A stretch of 64,000 bases of DNA from Harriotta raleighana (taxonomy: Eukaryota). The stretch covers positions 2,933,122 through 2,997,121 of the forward strand of contig JBNZDD010013632.1 in assembly GCA_050575255.1 (NCBI GenBank), read 5' to 3'. Position 1 is the stretch's first letter; every line of letters begins with the position of its first letter. The notes beneath the pieces were generated by a model. The model worked only from the letters and a program-made list of their open reading frames with translations, ran no database searches and was not told where the DNA came from. Of this stretch, positions 11,683 to 25,555 are shown one piece after another. Position numbers and translations under genes: made by a program.

Positions 11683-12464
11683 TCATCTTATATTTTGTTT
11701 GCAAAAAAAAGTCAACCGGTTTAGAAGTACTGTGTGTAGAATGAGGGGGAAATGAGTTAAAAAAAAACCTTTGAACGTTTGATTGTGAACGTCCCATTTT
11801 GCAATATATGAGTGACCAAAAAAGTCGTGATACCATTACAATGTCTGATAAATCTTAAATAAATTATGAGAATATATAGACAATAGAGTGTTTATCACGA
11901 CTTTTTGATCACCCCCTCTCTCTCTCTCTCTCTCTCTCTTTCCATATATGTATATCTATATAGGCATAAATGCATCAGAAGTTACAGAAACATATTTTGC
12001 ATCAGAAGACACACAAATATATTCATTCAGGATAGAATTTAAACCAGTCATTTGCCCAATGTCGATACATTTGAATGATATTAAATGTATGTATGTTATA
12101 CATGCGGGCATACAAGTGTGTGTTAGATAATTTTATGCAACGTTTCTACTTTAACAGTCTCTTTTATGTAACGGGTCCTAAGTGGCAAAGTATCATGTTT
12201 TGGCTGAGAATCAAAGTTTCTGACAGAAAAGTGAGTTTGTTATTATCCTTAACTGATTACCTGATGCCATTAATATTGTATCCTTAACCGACAACTACAT
12301 CTTGTCATTGAGATACTAATTGTTAACTGAACTAAATTTATAAAATACTCCATACACCTGTTTTTTTTTATTCCACAGTCATTTCATCTTATATTTTGTT
12401 TGCAAAAAAAAATCAACCGATTTAGAAGCACCGTGTGTAGAATGAGGTGGAAATGAGTTAAAAA
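11683..12464 (+). repeat. Diverged ~80 bp direct repeat pair (11683-11763 and 12384-12464)
   Basis: tcatcttatattttgtttgcaaaaaaaa..tcaaccg.tttagaag.ac.gtgtgtagaatgagg.ggaaatgagttaaaaa occurs twice, with about 5 substitutions and no n between the copies. Confidence 0.9.
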
Positions 12465-12882
12465 TATATATATTTCAATACATTTCAATATTACACGAGG
12501 CATGCATGAATAACATCTCCACATCTGCCATCATTTTGGCCTGGACACAATAAATGTTCATTAAGGGCACAGTATCTGGGAGCCAGCTTGTTGTCCTTAT
12601 CTCGGAGTCATCAATTGTTTCACTTCAATTTTTTTTGTTTTGCAGCAACCACATCGAGTTATTTCCGAAGCAATGAAGCCCTGGAGTCTGAGCTTGTTGT
12701 GAGTGTATTGAAACACGTGTGGGCCAATGATATGCCCAGCAAAACCCAGCAACAACTCAACACTGTTTTCTGTGGGTTTTCGGAGGATCTGTCTGAATGG
12801 ATATGAAACTCTTCCCCTCCCTTAATAGACGACAGGGATAAATAATCCCACACTATCCTTACTGCAGTGGTTATACAAACGT

Positions 12883-13020
12883 CTGCCTCATCCTTTTTTT
12901 AAAAAAAAACCTTTAGACGATAAGTACCAAATGCAGGACCTGAAAGCGAANCCTGCCTCATCCTTTTTTAAAAAAAAAACCTTTAGACGATAAGTACCAA
13001 ATGCAGGACCTGAAAGCGAA
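12883..13020. other. Assembly overlap duplication around n12951
   Basis: 12883-12950 is repeated at 12953-13020, differing only at the T/A homopolymer junction. Confidence 0.88.
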
Positions 13021-15742
13021 AGGGTCGGATTGGAAAATATTTAGGCGTCTTTCCAAACAGTTCAACCCGTGAGGCAGGCTTTTAAAATGCCAGCTATCAC
13101 TCATTCCATAGATTAATCCTTTTCAAGACTGAATGAAAACTTTTTGTGTGAAGGCTGAGGTGAATGGGAATCGTTTCAGTGTCAGAGTGTCAAAAGGGGA
13201 AGCTACGGTTTATATAACTAGATCTTATTGCATTGGGTTTGTCTGATATCGTTACTTTTTATTGTGAAGATGAATGAATGACATTATGAATATCAGAAGT
13301 AATTATTCCACTGTAAACCTTTTTCTTTCTTTCAGACCACTCTATTTGAGTCAAAACAAAGCTTTTTTAAAAATAAAATCAGTTTTATCCAAATTAATTT
13401 ATGATTGCATTAATAATTCAAACTACTTTGTATTGATGGTCCGCATGAGGTAACAGGCAATTAAACATTGGGGGGCAATCTGATGTGTTAAAACTATTTG
13501 ATTTGGGCAGTCAGATCATCTGGGAGGAACGGATAGGAATCGATGTGTTCAGATTTAGAATCAATTCATTGCAAGTCATTGCTTTGAGTTTTTATTTTCT
13601 CTCGCAGTCCCCAATCCAAATCAACAGCTAGATATTGTTTTAGTTGCGTTTGTCTGTGGGATGATGCCTGGTTTGGGAACCGCTATGTTGAAATTCTGGG
13701 CATATAAACTGTACATAGAGGTGTTCAGAATTGCCCAGAGGCAAGATTATAACTTTCGTTCTTTTATTGTTTCTTCAAAAACAAAATCAGGAGGGGCAAT
13801 ACTATCTAAAATTACTCGTGCACGATTAAATACCACTGTAATTTTGTAAAAATAGACGCTTTATTTTTATTCAACAGTTCTTGGATTGACACTATAAGGT
13901 GGAGTGTGAACACCTTCACTGAGTGACCCACAGCCATCTTATAAATAGAAGGAGACCATCCAACCTATTGTGTCTGTGTTGATCAGACTGCCCTGAACTG
14001 GGTCTATCAGATAATCTAATTACATTTCCAATAGTTTTAGGTTTTTTTTCTTAAAAAAAAGCAAAGTCTGAGAACGTTGCTTTCGGTCGATCTGGTTTCT
14101 ACACGATGCAAGTTTCCCCTTCCAATAAATTTCATTAAACAAACATTGCAAAGTTGATAAAAAAAAACCTCCACAGGGAGAGTGTATCAGAATAGATACA
14201 TGTCACCCAAATACGTGCCTCTCTCATTCATTTTAAAAATTTCTAATAAACTCAAACAAACTCAGGAACAGGTTGATTTATATTCATCGCATGTTCTTCA
14301 AAACACTGAACTGCTAGTCCGTTCAACGCCTCTTAAATGTAAAACTATGGAATACTTTAGTTTTCGCCTATTATAGAGCGAAGCTGCGGGTATCACACGA
14401 AGCTCATATTTTCAGAGAACTTTGGAATATATTTTTTTTGTTTGTTTGTACGTTGAAGGGAAAGGGAAACTATTTTAAACGGAGGTTGACTTCCACATTG
14501 ACTCGGGTATCTGTCTTAACTGTTGGGTTCACTATAACCAGACTTACTTTAATAAACAGAGTAGTTACTGTACAAAACAACTCTAAAGTATTGGAGAGAG
14601 TGATATATTTTGCATGTAATATCTTCCAAAGTTGTAGAAAATAAGAGAGATTCATGTGTTTAACATTCCTTCTATCCAATATGCTCAATGATATACCTTG
14701 TGTGTGTGTGTGTGTGTGTGTGTTTAGCGCATATGAACAGTTTAATTCAATTAAAATGCAATTTTTTTTGTCCCGGCCCTTTCACTTGCTTTACTTTTGC
14801 TCCGTTGTTTATTCACCTAACTCGAAAAAAAATATTGTTTTCAATCATTTCTAATTCTATTAACTTCGTGTCGAGTGCCAATATACAAGATGAAGTCAAA
14901 ATAACAATATCCTAATCAGTCTCTTATTTGCTTTATTTCTGACTTCCGATTGTGGCAATTGGTCATCAGTTTACAGTATAACGTTTATTGCTACCGCAAA
15001 AGCACAATTAATAAATTAATCCAGTTGTTATTTGCTTCCCTCATAATGATATTGTAACACGCACTGGAAGCATGGTGGTGTGTATCAATGCAGTGCTGGA
15101 GAGAGAAGCTTGCACTTTGGCAATGCACTGAATAATTGATAATGGCGATGAAAGCTAATTAGTTGCTTAACCGAAATAACTGTCATAAAAAGTGATGAGG
15201 GAGGGCACCTTCTATTTTTCGTCAAGGAGAATGAACAAGAGAAAGCATGTTTTATATTGCATTTTAAGTCAGCAGATGGCAAGATGTGAAGCAGCCTTTT
15301 GAAAAGTAAGGTGATTCCGAGATGAAATATAAGAGTTAACTCTATTAGAATCATTTAAACCTTGTTTTTATTTAATATAATATATATATATTTACTGCAT
15401 GCTCTTTTAGGAGCATATAACCTTGATTAAAAATGAAATAAAGAGTTACAATGAAAAGAGTTCCCGTAAACCTGAAGTATTGTTTTAGAACAATAATGAT
15501 TATTTATAGTAAACTAAGTGTTTTGATTTAACTTTAATGTACAATGTATTTCCAATGTAGTTATCCAAATATCAAGTAGTATTTGTGGAATTAATTTAAA
15601 TTACATTGTGACAAATCAATTTACTTTGTATTTGCAAATTGCTCAGATTTTTTTAAACTAGTTTTGTCTTTTTGAGCTACAGATTTCTTCACATTATACT
15701 GTATGAAATTGGATTATTATGAATCCATGTCACCATAGACTT

Positions 15743-15912
15743 AATAATAATAATCCTTACATTTGATAGGGCGCCTTATTGTGTCGTTGAGATGTCTCAA
15801 AGCCCATCACAGAATATATTGTAAAATGGATTGACTATATATGTTGTGGGTGAAACATGGCAGCTAATTGCGCATGGCAATGACCTACAAACAGTTGTGG
15901 ATTAAGTGACCA
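15743..15912 (-). mobile_element. SINE 3' fragment (DeuSINE-type tail with (TTA)n end)
   Basis: aataataatccttacatttgatagggcgcc...gatgtctcaaagc...cagctaattgcgca...caaacag matches the many other copies in this window. Confidence 0.8.
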
Positions 15913-18900
15913 CATTTAAAAAATTGTTTGCAACAGTAAAGAAAATGCAATTATTTCCAGGCATCATTACATTTTAACACTTTCTTTGAAACAAGTTTGT
16001 GTTTCACTTGTACCGAGTTATCTGCATTCTTTAAAAAAACAATTTGACAAGAAACTGACAAATGTTTTAATCATATTTCAACGGAATATGAATAAGCGCA
16101 GGTAAATAGCTGTCTTTTCAGAATCACAGAAAGGCATAAGATCAATAAGAGATTTAATTTTCATCTTGTGTATATTAAATAGTCTTTGCAGTTAAAAGTT
16201 ATGCACAGTGGCCTGTTGAGCTAAGATCATGCCATTGAAAATTAACTTTCAATGATATGCTAAATGTAGGTAAACCTATTAAAAAAAACTAAATGTAAGA
16301 TGTATTCACTTTGGAATATTTTACTTTCCAATAAACAAATGAAATGAAGAGCAGTTTCAATGTATAATTATTTTTCGCCGCACAGATCTAGGAAATGATT
16401 GGCTTTTAATGATGCCACCGGGCAAGAACACATGAAATAATATTCTTTTGAAAGAATTGTTTACTTCTATGACTTCATTGTTCAAAATTGGCTTCTTTTT
16501 GAAAGCGGCTACTTCAAAATAATACATGAAGGTATGATGACTATGTTAGAGAGCTAATCTTTACAGATGATATGGCATGTATCCAGGTTCCAGCTGGATA
16601 TCACCAGACAACATGGCTATATTTTAGCTGGATGGAGAGTGGTACTGTCTCTATAATGATCCCTTTGCTGGTGAAGGATGGCTGCAAAATACCAAAGATC
16701 ACATCATGCTATATTCTATCACCACAGTCTTAATTATGTATCAGCTACAACTGTAGCAGAAAGTATTCTGATTTTTGTTTCAACCATGCCACTAAACAGG
16801 ATGTCATTTAGACAGCTCGCTCAAATTAATCATTCATGCAGAGGAGAGATATGGACTGGTTATGCATTTTATTTCACTAATAACAATGCTGGAAACCTGG
16901 ACTGTCTGTTGTACAACTGCGCTCGATAGTTGAATCCTTCCTTATGGTCACTATTGCAAGACTAAATGATTTGTTATGGTTGATTTTCAGGTGATTTATT
17001 ACAAATGCTCACCGGATCATTTTGAAATGACATAGACATTGTGGGCATATGTATAAGATAGGACATCTATCTACCCAAATTATCTTCTTTGTAACTTTAA
17101 AACTCTTGAGTGGACTTTCTCCTTGTACATTATCATATTACTCTTTGTCAATGGTGGCGTAACTCAGGAACAGAATAATAGCTTAAGACATCACTTACTG
17201 AGTAACATACTTCATGATATATTAAAGGTGCAACCAATTACAAACTTGCAAGGATGATATTTATCAATAGTAGCCTGTATGAGAGCACCAAATTGTTGTG
17301 AATTCACAAACTCAATGGTGGGTTTATAAAATCTGTTCATTGTCATTTTCAATTTTCACATAATGTTTTTTCCAATGAAGATAGCTTGTTGTTAGAAATT
17401 GTTCGCAAACAACATGATTCCCCTCAAAACTAAAGAAAGTTAGTATGTTCACCATAATCTTTTATACTCCAATTCTGGTACTCCAAGGGTCTCTGGTATT
17501 GCAAAGCAAAAAAATCAAAATGACAGTTCATCATTTTGACGTGGAATTGTTCTACAGCTAACACTTGAGGTAGAACATTTCAGAAAATGCTGCTACGAGC
17601 CTAATTTATGAATATACAGTATCACCTAAAAAATCTTTTGACATTAAAATAATTGGTAGAATGACGGATCTATAGAAAGGCGATAATTTTATCTTTTCTC
17701 TCCCAAGCCAGTTGTGATTGGTTATAATAATTAATATCTTTAATTTAGCTATTAGATTAGATCAGGCAGGGTCAGTCTAATCTTTTCGAGCTTTAAAGAG
17801 AAAACAAAGATGTGGTATAACTGGTTTTATGTTGCACAAGAACATATGTGGAGGTGCAAATTTCAGAAAAGTTTTTTGAGTACATTCTCTACCTTTTTTT
17901 GCGTACTTGAAATCCAGAAGCATTTCATCTTGAAATGTTTCTGCATAATGAACAGCTTAAAATGGAATACGGATCATATTCCACCTCACTGTTTGTTGGT
18001 TTGATGACACTCTTCTCTATTGTTTGTGAAAAGAATGGGGACATAGATGCCAATGTTTCAATAAAGCCTTTGTGCAGACACTTGCGCTTTAGGATTGGAA
18101 AATTTCTGCAAAATAACTGAACTGGTTTGAAATATCATTTTGGGTGGAGCTATTTCCAATCCTTACAGGATGGAAAATGGTTGTACAGTATGAGAAAAAA
18201 TGTGACCCCATTTCAGTTGCCGGTAAAAATTTGATTTTAACATGTTTGCATCAATCAAAATGCTTGAGAAAAAAATGTTTAAATCATTCTTTGCTTTCAC
18301 AAACACATAAGTAATCTTCAAATTAAGGTTTTCCTCTTTAAGTTGGTCTGGTTAAGTAACTTAATGCTGTTCTTCACCTCAGAGGTAGATTGCATGATAG
18401 CTTTTCCTCAGCTGGTAGAATCATTTCTCTATGGTTTTATCGCAAATGCGGCACCTTTACACGTTCATTAAAATTATGACCCTATACAGTATGTTAAATA
18501 ACTTTGAAGCTATTTTTCATTGTTAATTGTTATTGTAAGATTTACCTTTGGTATAATAATAGTAAAAAAAAGTTACGAAACATTTTTATCCTCTTGACTT
18601 TCTTCTTTGGCAGGCGGTGGTTTATCCTTTGGTCCAAATATACAGCTGCCAGCAGCTGTTGGTGCCTTCGTCTAGTCACAGTTTTTGTATTTGTGCTTGG
18701 TTGGTGGATGTTAGTAAGCTATTTAATCATGGAAGGCGTTATAATTCAATCCAATCTTCTGTCTCAATTACAGTATTGGAGCAAAACTGAGACATTCCTT
18801 GGGATTCAATCCACCCTTCCCATTGTACGTTTCCATTTGGTTTATCTATCCTTCTGTAATGGGTTCAAATCAACAACTAGATCTGCAATGTTTGCTTTTT

Positions 18901-19095
18901 GATTCAAGTAAATGCAAATTTTTAGGAATAATGAGTAAATTTATGTTGACATTTTACAATAATTTGCCAGTCAGACAAATATAGTGTAGTATTATTTCAT
19001 ATTTATCTTTCTAAATGAAATTACTTTTCAAATGAAAAAAAATCTGTTATTTTCCAGGGGCTCAGTCAATTTACTGCTGTATCACATATGCTATT

Positions 19096-19345
19096 CAATC
19101 AATCAATCAAAATTTTATTTATATTGCGCCTTTCACGTCGGGTGGACGTCCCAAGGCGCTGTACAGTCAAGTGGGGGGGAGGGGTCGGGGGAAGGAAAGT
19201 AGGAAAAATTGACTGTATATTTGTGGGCGAAACGCGGCAGCCAAATTGCGCACAGCAGTGTCCCACAAACAGTCATGGAAGTGAGGGGGCCAGGGATGAA
19301 AGGGGGAAAGAGGGTAAGGGGAGGGGTCGGGGTAGGGGGAAGAGA
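19096..19345 (-). mobile_element. Young SINE/L2 3' end variant with (GATT)n tail
   Basis: Minus strand reads gactgtttgtgggacactgctgtgcgcaatttggctgccgcgtttcgcccac, then a C-rich spacer, then cagcgccttgggacgtccacccgacgtgaaaggcgcaatataaat...gattgattgattg. Confidence 0.8.
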
Positions 19346-21129
19346 TTGCTGCATAGATTCATAAAATGTTCTGTCCTGTACTTTATTTTGACATTACAAA
19401 TCATGTAATATTAAAAGATCACAAAGATGTTCCGATGAAGATAACCTTTCAGTTCAATTGATCGCGTCCTTCTAGAATAGCCATCCCTACCAGTATTACA
19501 TAATGAACATTTTTTTGAGTGAGTCCAGCATTCTGGCCTCAGCCACAGTTCTTGGTTACCCATTCCAATCATAATACCTTCTGTTTGTCCTGAAATTGCT
19601 CTTTGCAACCATGAATCTCTTCTTCTGCTGACGTTGTAACATGAATTCCAATTGTTAATAATCGATTTATTCGGTTTAGTTACATATGAAATTGCTATGT
19701 TAAAATTATAAATACAAGCACCGTATTTTTGATTTTGGTAATTTTGGGTGCAATTATGAAATATCTTTCAATTATACTGCCTACCTTTTACCTTAATAAA
19801 CTACCATATTTTCAGTAAATAACCATTTTGAAAATAAATATGTACCTTATCAGATGTCACCATGATTTGTTTGCCTGCTTTTTAAACACACAGTGAATCT
19901 GTAGAATGAGTGCAAGTGGACTGATAAGAGGAATCATTATGGTATGGCTAACTGGCTTATTGAACTTCCAAAAATACTCATGTGACAATTCAAGATGATC
20001 AACTAACCTCCTCATATGGTACCTAGCAAAGGAAGCAGGAAGTATGTTGTAAAAACAAATCCCAGACCATTGGAAAGCTCAAATTCTCCAGATATAGAAT
20101 TGTCATTAATGATGTTAAATTAATAGAACAATGACATTTATCCTGTATTTAACTTACACATGTACATGCATACTAATGATGTTGTATCTTTAATCACAAA
20201 GAAGCCAGCAGTGAGATCCCAAGCACATAATTTCATCTGGAGCTTTGGGGTTTTAGGATTTAGCATGTTGCTAGTTGTAGTAGCTAGTTGAGTCTGTGTA
20301 TTTTGTATTGTTATAAAATGAGTATTGTATACAATTAGTCTACATTTGTCATATTATTTACAAAGGTTATCAGAAAATGTTCAATTTTCAAATAATAATT
20401 ATGCAAAAGTAACAAATGAGCTAGACAATAGATAATATATAACACGTTTTACATACCTATACATATTTTTGTGTTACATCAGTAGTATCAATAGTTCACC
20501 TGTCATGATGTGTTGACTAGGCTTTCTCATGAATTCACTTTTAAATATTTTGACATATAAATACATTTCAACATAATAAAAGTACATGTGTGGCACCTGT
20601 TACTTTATGGTACAACATTTTTTGTTACATTTATACTGCTTATCTGCATTTTTCAGCCCTCACTATCAACATGGGCATGCATAAAACAAAATATATTTTT
20701 CTTTGCTTGAAAAAATTTAGATGATGAATTCTGACAAACAAGTGGGAATATAATAGAGCAGCCATTGGAGATCTTTCAATCACAAGACTGGAATGCTACT
20801 TCTCATACAGTGTAAGTAATTTGCAACTCACTAGACTTTGAGGTGAGCGTCAGTCTGTCACTGTAAGTACTGTAATCAGTTTGTCCTCTACCCAAGCTGA
20901 TTATCTGTATGAAAACACTTTAAACAATCTACCAAACTTGTTTCTTTTCTGGATGGAGTCATGTCATTACTTTATTGTGGAACCACATTTTATTCCAATA
21001 GTCAACCATTGCACTAACTGCACTGATGAGCATTTTGATTTTTCAAAATCAATTCTTAATTTTAATGCATTTGTCACATTTCCTAACTTTGATTGTATAT
21101 TAAGGACTGACAAATGGGACTCCATTGCA

Positions 21130-21292
21130 TAATAATAATCCTTACATTTGATATAACGCATAATCACATATTCGAGACATCTAATATACTTTACAGAATA
21201 AACCGTAAAATGAATTAACAGTATGTGTTTGGAACACAATGCGACAGCTAAGTGCATCTAGCAGTGTCCAAGAAACAGTCATGGATTGAGTG
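21130..21292 (-). mobile_element. SINE 3' fragment
   Basis: taataataatccttacatttgatataacgc... is the same tail family. Confidence 0.75.
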
Positions 21293-22329
21293 TATTTGAG
21301 TGTATTATTGTTGTATTTATTTGAAGGGATAAATAGTTATTCCATGTTTCTAACCACAGAAACTCCATTCTGATGTTATCTGAGGCAGAATGGACTTCTC
21401 ATTGAATTTCCTTTCTGATGTCCAATAACATGAATAGATGTTGTGGAAAATCACCAGGGTAAAGGAAACAAATGGTAGTTGCTGTTTCCTCTTTTACTCT
21501 TGTCTAAAATAGGTTTTGGTACATTTGTGCATCATGTGTGCAAAAATTTCTAACACATAGAATGTGCTAAAAGAATACATCATTAACTTTTACAGATAAC
21601 ATTATTCATTATATTTGATACTGTATTAATTCACTACTTGTACTTACATATCTGATTAAGAAATCTGTTGAGAAATATCACAAGGTTTCTATTGACTGTT
21701 AACAATGTGACAAACAGTAAACGTAAAGATACCTATGGAATGGTTTTATACTTAAACAAGATTCACACCAATCTTCATGTCCCCCAAAGTGGGAGACTGC
21801 TATTCTGGTATGGGATTAGTGTTAATTAGCTTTTGCAATTAATTTTTGAAATCTTTGGGACAAAGCTCTTGTAATATGGGAATAATGATAGGGCAGATAA
21901 TTGAAATAATTTAAGGGACTGGGATTTGTAGATCATAAAAAAGTGGTTCATTGAAGCAAACGTCTACAAGGTCTATGAAAGGAAGTCTGGATGGAGCTCT
22001 ATACTACCTAACAATAATTTATGAGACATTACAGTCTGTACCAATTTAATCAGTCATGCATTGGTCCGTATAATAAGTTTTGAATATAATAATTTCCTGG
22101 TAATAGAATAAATAGGACAGTTTGAGCTGCCCGGCTATTTTATTTACATCAGTAGCTTTTACCTTGTAAACACAAATCTATTTTATTTGAGTCAGACACA
22201 AAGCACTTCAAGGAAAGTACAGTATATGGCTGAAAGATGGTAGTGGCAGCCTGAAGATCCAGAGGAAACTTATTGGTAAGGAAACTGAGAATGTAGGAGG
22301 AGTCTTTACCATCACACAATCAGGTTGAG

Positions 22330-22570
22330 AGCCAGTCAAATTAATCAACTTCTTAAACAAACAAACAAACAAGAAACTCTTGAGATAATGTGTGTGATCA
22401 GAACTAATGATGGATCTGTGAACGGGCAAAGAGAAGCTTTCCCTGATTGTAACCAATCACAAGGAATGCCTCCCAGGAACATTCTCATCACCAGGGCCAG
22501 TTAACTCTGTCAAGGCCAAAGTAGCTTTGTAGGTGAAGCTGTAATGCATGGGATTAAAATATTTTGAAGG
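22330..22570 (+). mobile_element. Degenerate CR1-like LINE 3' remnant
   Basis: Recalled resemblance to CR1 ORF2/3' end (gagaagctttccctg...aggaacattctcatcaccaggg...gggattaaaatatt). Heavily decayed. Confidence 0.35.
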
Positions 22571-22834
22571 ATCCTCATTAATAAGGTTTGTGATGGTATG
22601 TCAGAAGCCCCAAATCTCTTTTATTGACAACATAACCTAATTATGTCCACTGTTAGGTCTACATGTCAATGTTAAATAAATACTATTGTTAATGTCATTT
22701 AAATACTTAGAGTAAAACCAAATGTTTACAATTAATTGATATCTAAATAATTGGAAGTTAGCTAGACAGGAGAGTCAGGTAGTGTAATTACAGTCATTCC
22801 ACAAAGACCCTCAAATAAATTTTAAATGAAAAAA

Positions 22835-22965
22835 AATTGTGAATGTTGAAAATCTAAAATAAGAAACAGAAAATGATGCAATACATCTCAGGTGAATTAA
22901 CACTTTGATCTATCTCTTTCAGATGCTGACAGACCTACTTCATATACCTAACATTTCTGTTGTTA
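22835..22965. mobile_element. Degenerate copy of the hairpin repeat seen at 29170-29325
   Basis: aaatctaaaataagaaacagaaaatgatgc...tctttcagatgctgacagacctact...catttctgt parallels both arms of the 29.2 kb copy. Confidence 0.55.
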
Positions 22966-25431
22966 ATTTAAATGGACAATGCAAATAGAAACTGAGGGCA
23001 AATTATTGAGTGGAGAGATGACACTGGTTTGTTATCAGTCATGGTTTGAAGTTGAGTCTCATTGGAACTACAAGAGTGGGAACGATGATGAAGCAAGATA
23101 GTAGGTTCTTGGAAAACGTCTGATGATCAAATGGTTGATAGGGAGAATAGGGATAATTTCTCTTTAAGAATACATGGTAACCATTTTACCTTCAGATACT
23201 GAGACATGAAGGAGAATTACTTAGAATTCGGTCCACTGTGAAAGATGTGTGCAATTGTTGGAGATTCCTCATGTAGAATGAAAGCAGAGAGCAAATAAAA
23301 TGGACAGAGTTTACGATGGATATTACTTCCAGGTAAGGCAGTGAGATTTTGAAAGCAGGTTCTGACACCACTCAATTATCTATTGTCTCTTCTGTAGTAG
23401 AATAATACGATAGTTGTCAGTTGGAGATTGTTGTCCCAAAGAAATTGCTGCCAGCAAAATAGTATAAAGATATGTTAGAAATCAAAGTCTATGGGGATGC
23501 TATTATGCGTCTCCATAACATGGTAAAGATCCAGAGGTCTTGACAACCAACCATTATTCCTAATCACTCATTAAGTAAAAGGAAGCTATTTTACCTAAAG
23601 GATAAATTCTTCTCTTACATGGGAACACTGACTGAGAAAGCTGTAGTTCAAAATCTAATTGGCTGGATCCCAGATGAGGAATACTTTGGATAAAAAGTCA
23701 ACTTTTCTATATATTCCAGAAGCTGTTTCAAGAGCAGCATTAGCAGAATTCTTGAAAGAATTCTGGGGCAGGGGAGATTTCATAAAATATAGATTGTTAA
23801 AGGGAAAAGCAGAAAGAAATAGTGAATTACTGTTTTATACTTTGCTTCTTTGTTAAATGAAGGAGCAGATTACTTAAAATTCATTTGCTTCACAAAGGGA
23901 ATTAAACCAATATAAAAACTAACAATCAGATGTACAGTATTTGGCATTTTCAGAAGAATGCTTACTGAACTTAATATACTCTGAGCTACACCATAATTAT
24001 TATAAATCAGTATTAGCAACACTATTTTTTGTTATGCTTTTCAAGTGGATGTTAAAGTCTCCGTGGCACAATTTGAAAAAGAGCAGAGAGTTTTTCTTGA
24101 TGTTCTGCAAAAAACCCACAAACAATATCACTCATTTACTTAATGGCTAAATGTGGAACATTGTTGTACCCAAACTGCTTACCATATTTGTCTAGAAATA
24201 CAAATAACAATAATAATAGCTTGCAGTAAATCCTATTAAGCACTTTGCAATAACATGATAAGGTGTTACAACAAATGCAAAGATTGTTATAACATTATTA
24301 ATAATAACATTATTAGTAATAATAAACCAAGTATAGCATATACCACCAGTTACGGTAGTTCTTTACTTTCATATTTTATTTTATTCTGTGAATTTGAAAT
24401 AGCACAAGATATTGAGTAATGGATCATTGACTAAATACAAATAGTTACATTTTATGATACATTTTTGTTGTTGAATCTTGATTTCAGTTTTTTATAAAAA
24501 TTTTAGGGCAGTATCAAGCTATGAAGGAAAGTACTGTATATCTAAATGTTCAGGGTTTTAAAAGTCTGGAATCATTTTCTGGTAAGGAAGCTGAAAAGAA
24601 ATCGTGGAATGCATCAAAAGGATAGCAATCAGGAAGAATTTCCATCTATGAATTTTTATAGTCTATTTTTTCCTTTGTATTTCTACATTTCAGTTCCCAT
24701 CTGTAAGCAATTGTTGAACACAGAGATGCTCCCTTTGTGCCTATGCAGCATGCAATTGATGAAAATAGACATAAAACAATTTGAATATGTGATTTTGTCA
24801 CAAAATGAACACATATGTTTCTAATAAATGGAGAAAAGAGACAGCTATATGTCAAGTCTTAGGTACAGAGTGCCTCGTGCACACATGGTGGAATATATGT
24901 TTTGTACATGCCCTTGTTTTGTGAATGATTAGAAACAGAAAGGATTCCAATAGTATTTGCTTGTCAAAAATGTGGAAGCACCAAAGCACATGTGAAGAAT
25001 GCGGGCATTAATTACAATCAAGTTACCGTTGCATTGCAAATCATTGCTGAAGTCCATTAGAAATTGGACCCAGTCTTAAAACACAAGGTAAAGATGAAGG
25101 CAGAGGAGAAAATCTAGACAATCATTTCTCCAATTTGGAAATTCCAGTTAAAAAAAAAACTGTTGAAAATAGCAATACAACATTATACAAACCCTATTGA
25201 CATCTAAACATATATTAAGTGCACCAAAGGTGAAATGAACTAATTCAAATTGTAAGAATGTGTAAATGCTCAAAAGAATATTTATTCCCTTTGTTCTTTG
25301 CTACTCAAGTAATAACTTTAAAAAGGTGATCAGCTCCTATTAATTTTACTACATTTAATCCATGAATTTAGGTGGATATAAATATTTTGTCTATCATTAT
25401 GCATGTTGGCAGTTTCAATTAAAACCTATAT

Positions 25432-25555
25432 ACTGCTGTATGCAAAATGGTTGCCATGTTTCACCCAAAAATATACAATCAATTCACTTTACAGTATATT
25501 CAGTGAAGCGCTTTGAGACATCTAGAAGATGTGACGACACTAAGTATTAAAAGTA
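25432..25555 (+). mobile_element. SINE 3' fragment
   Basis: ctgctgtatgcaaaatggttgcc...caattcactttacagtatattcagtgaagcgctttgagacatc. Confidence 0.8.
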
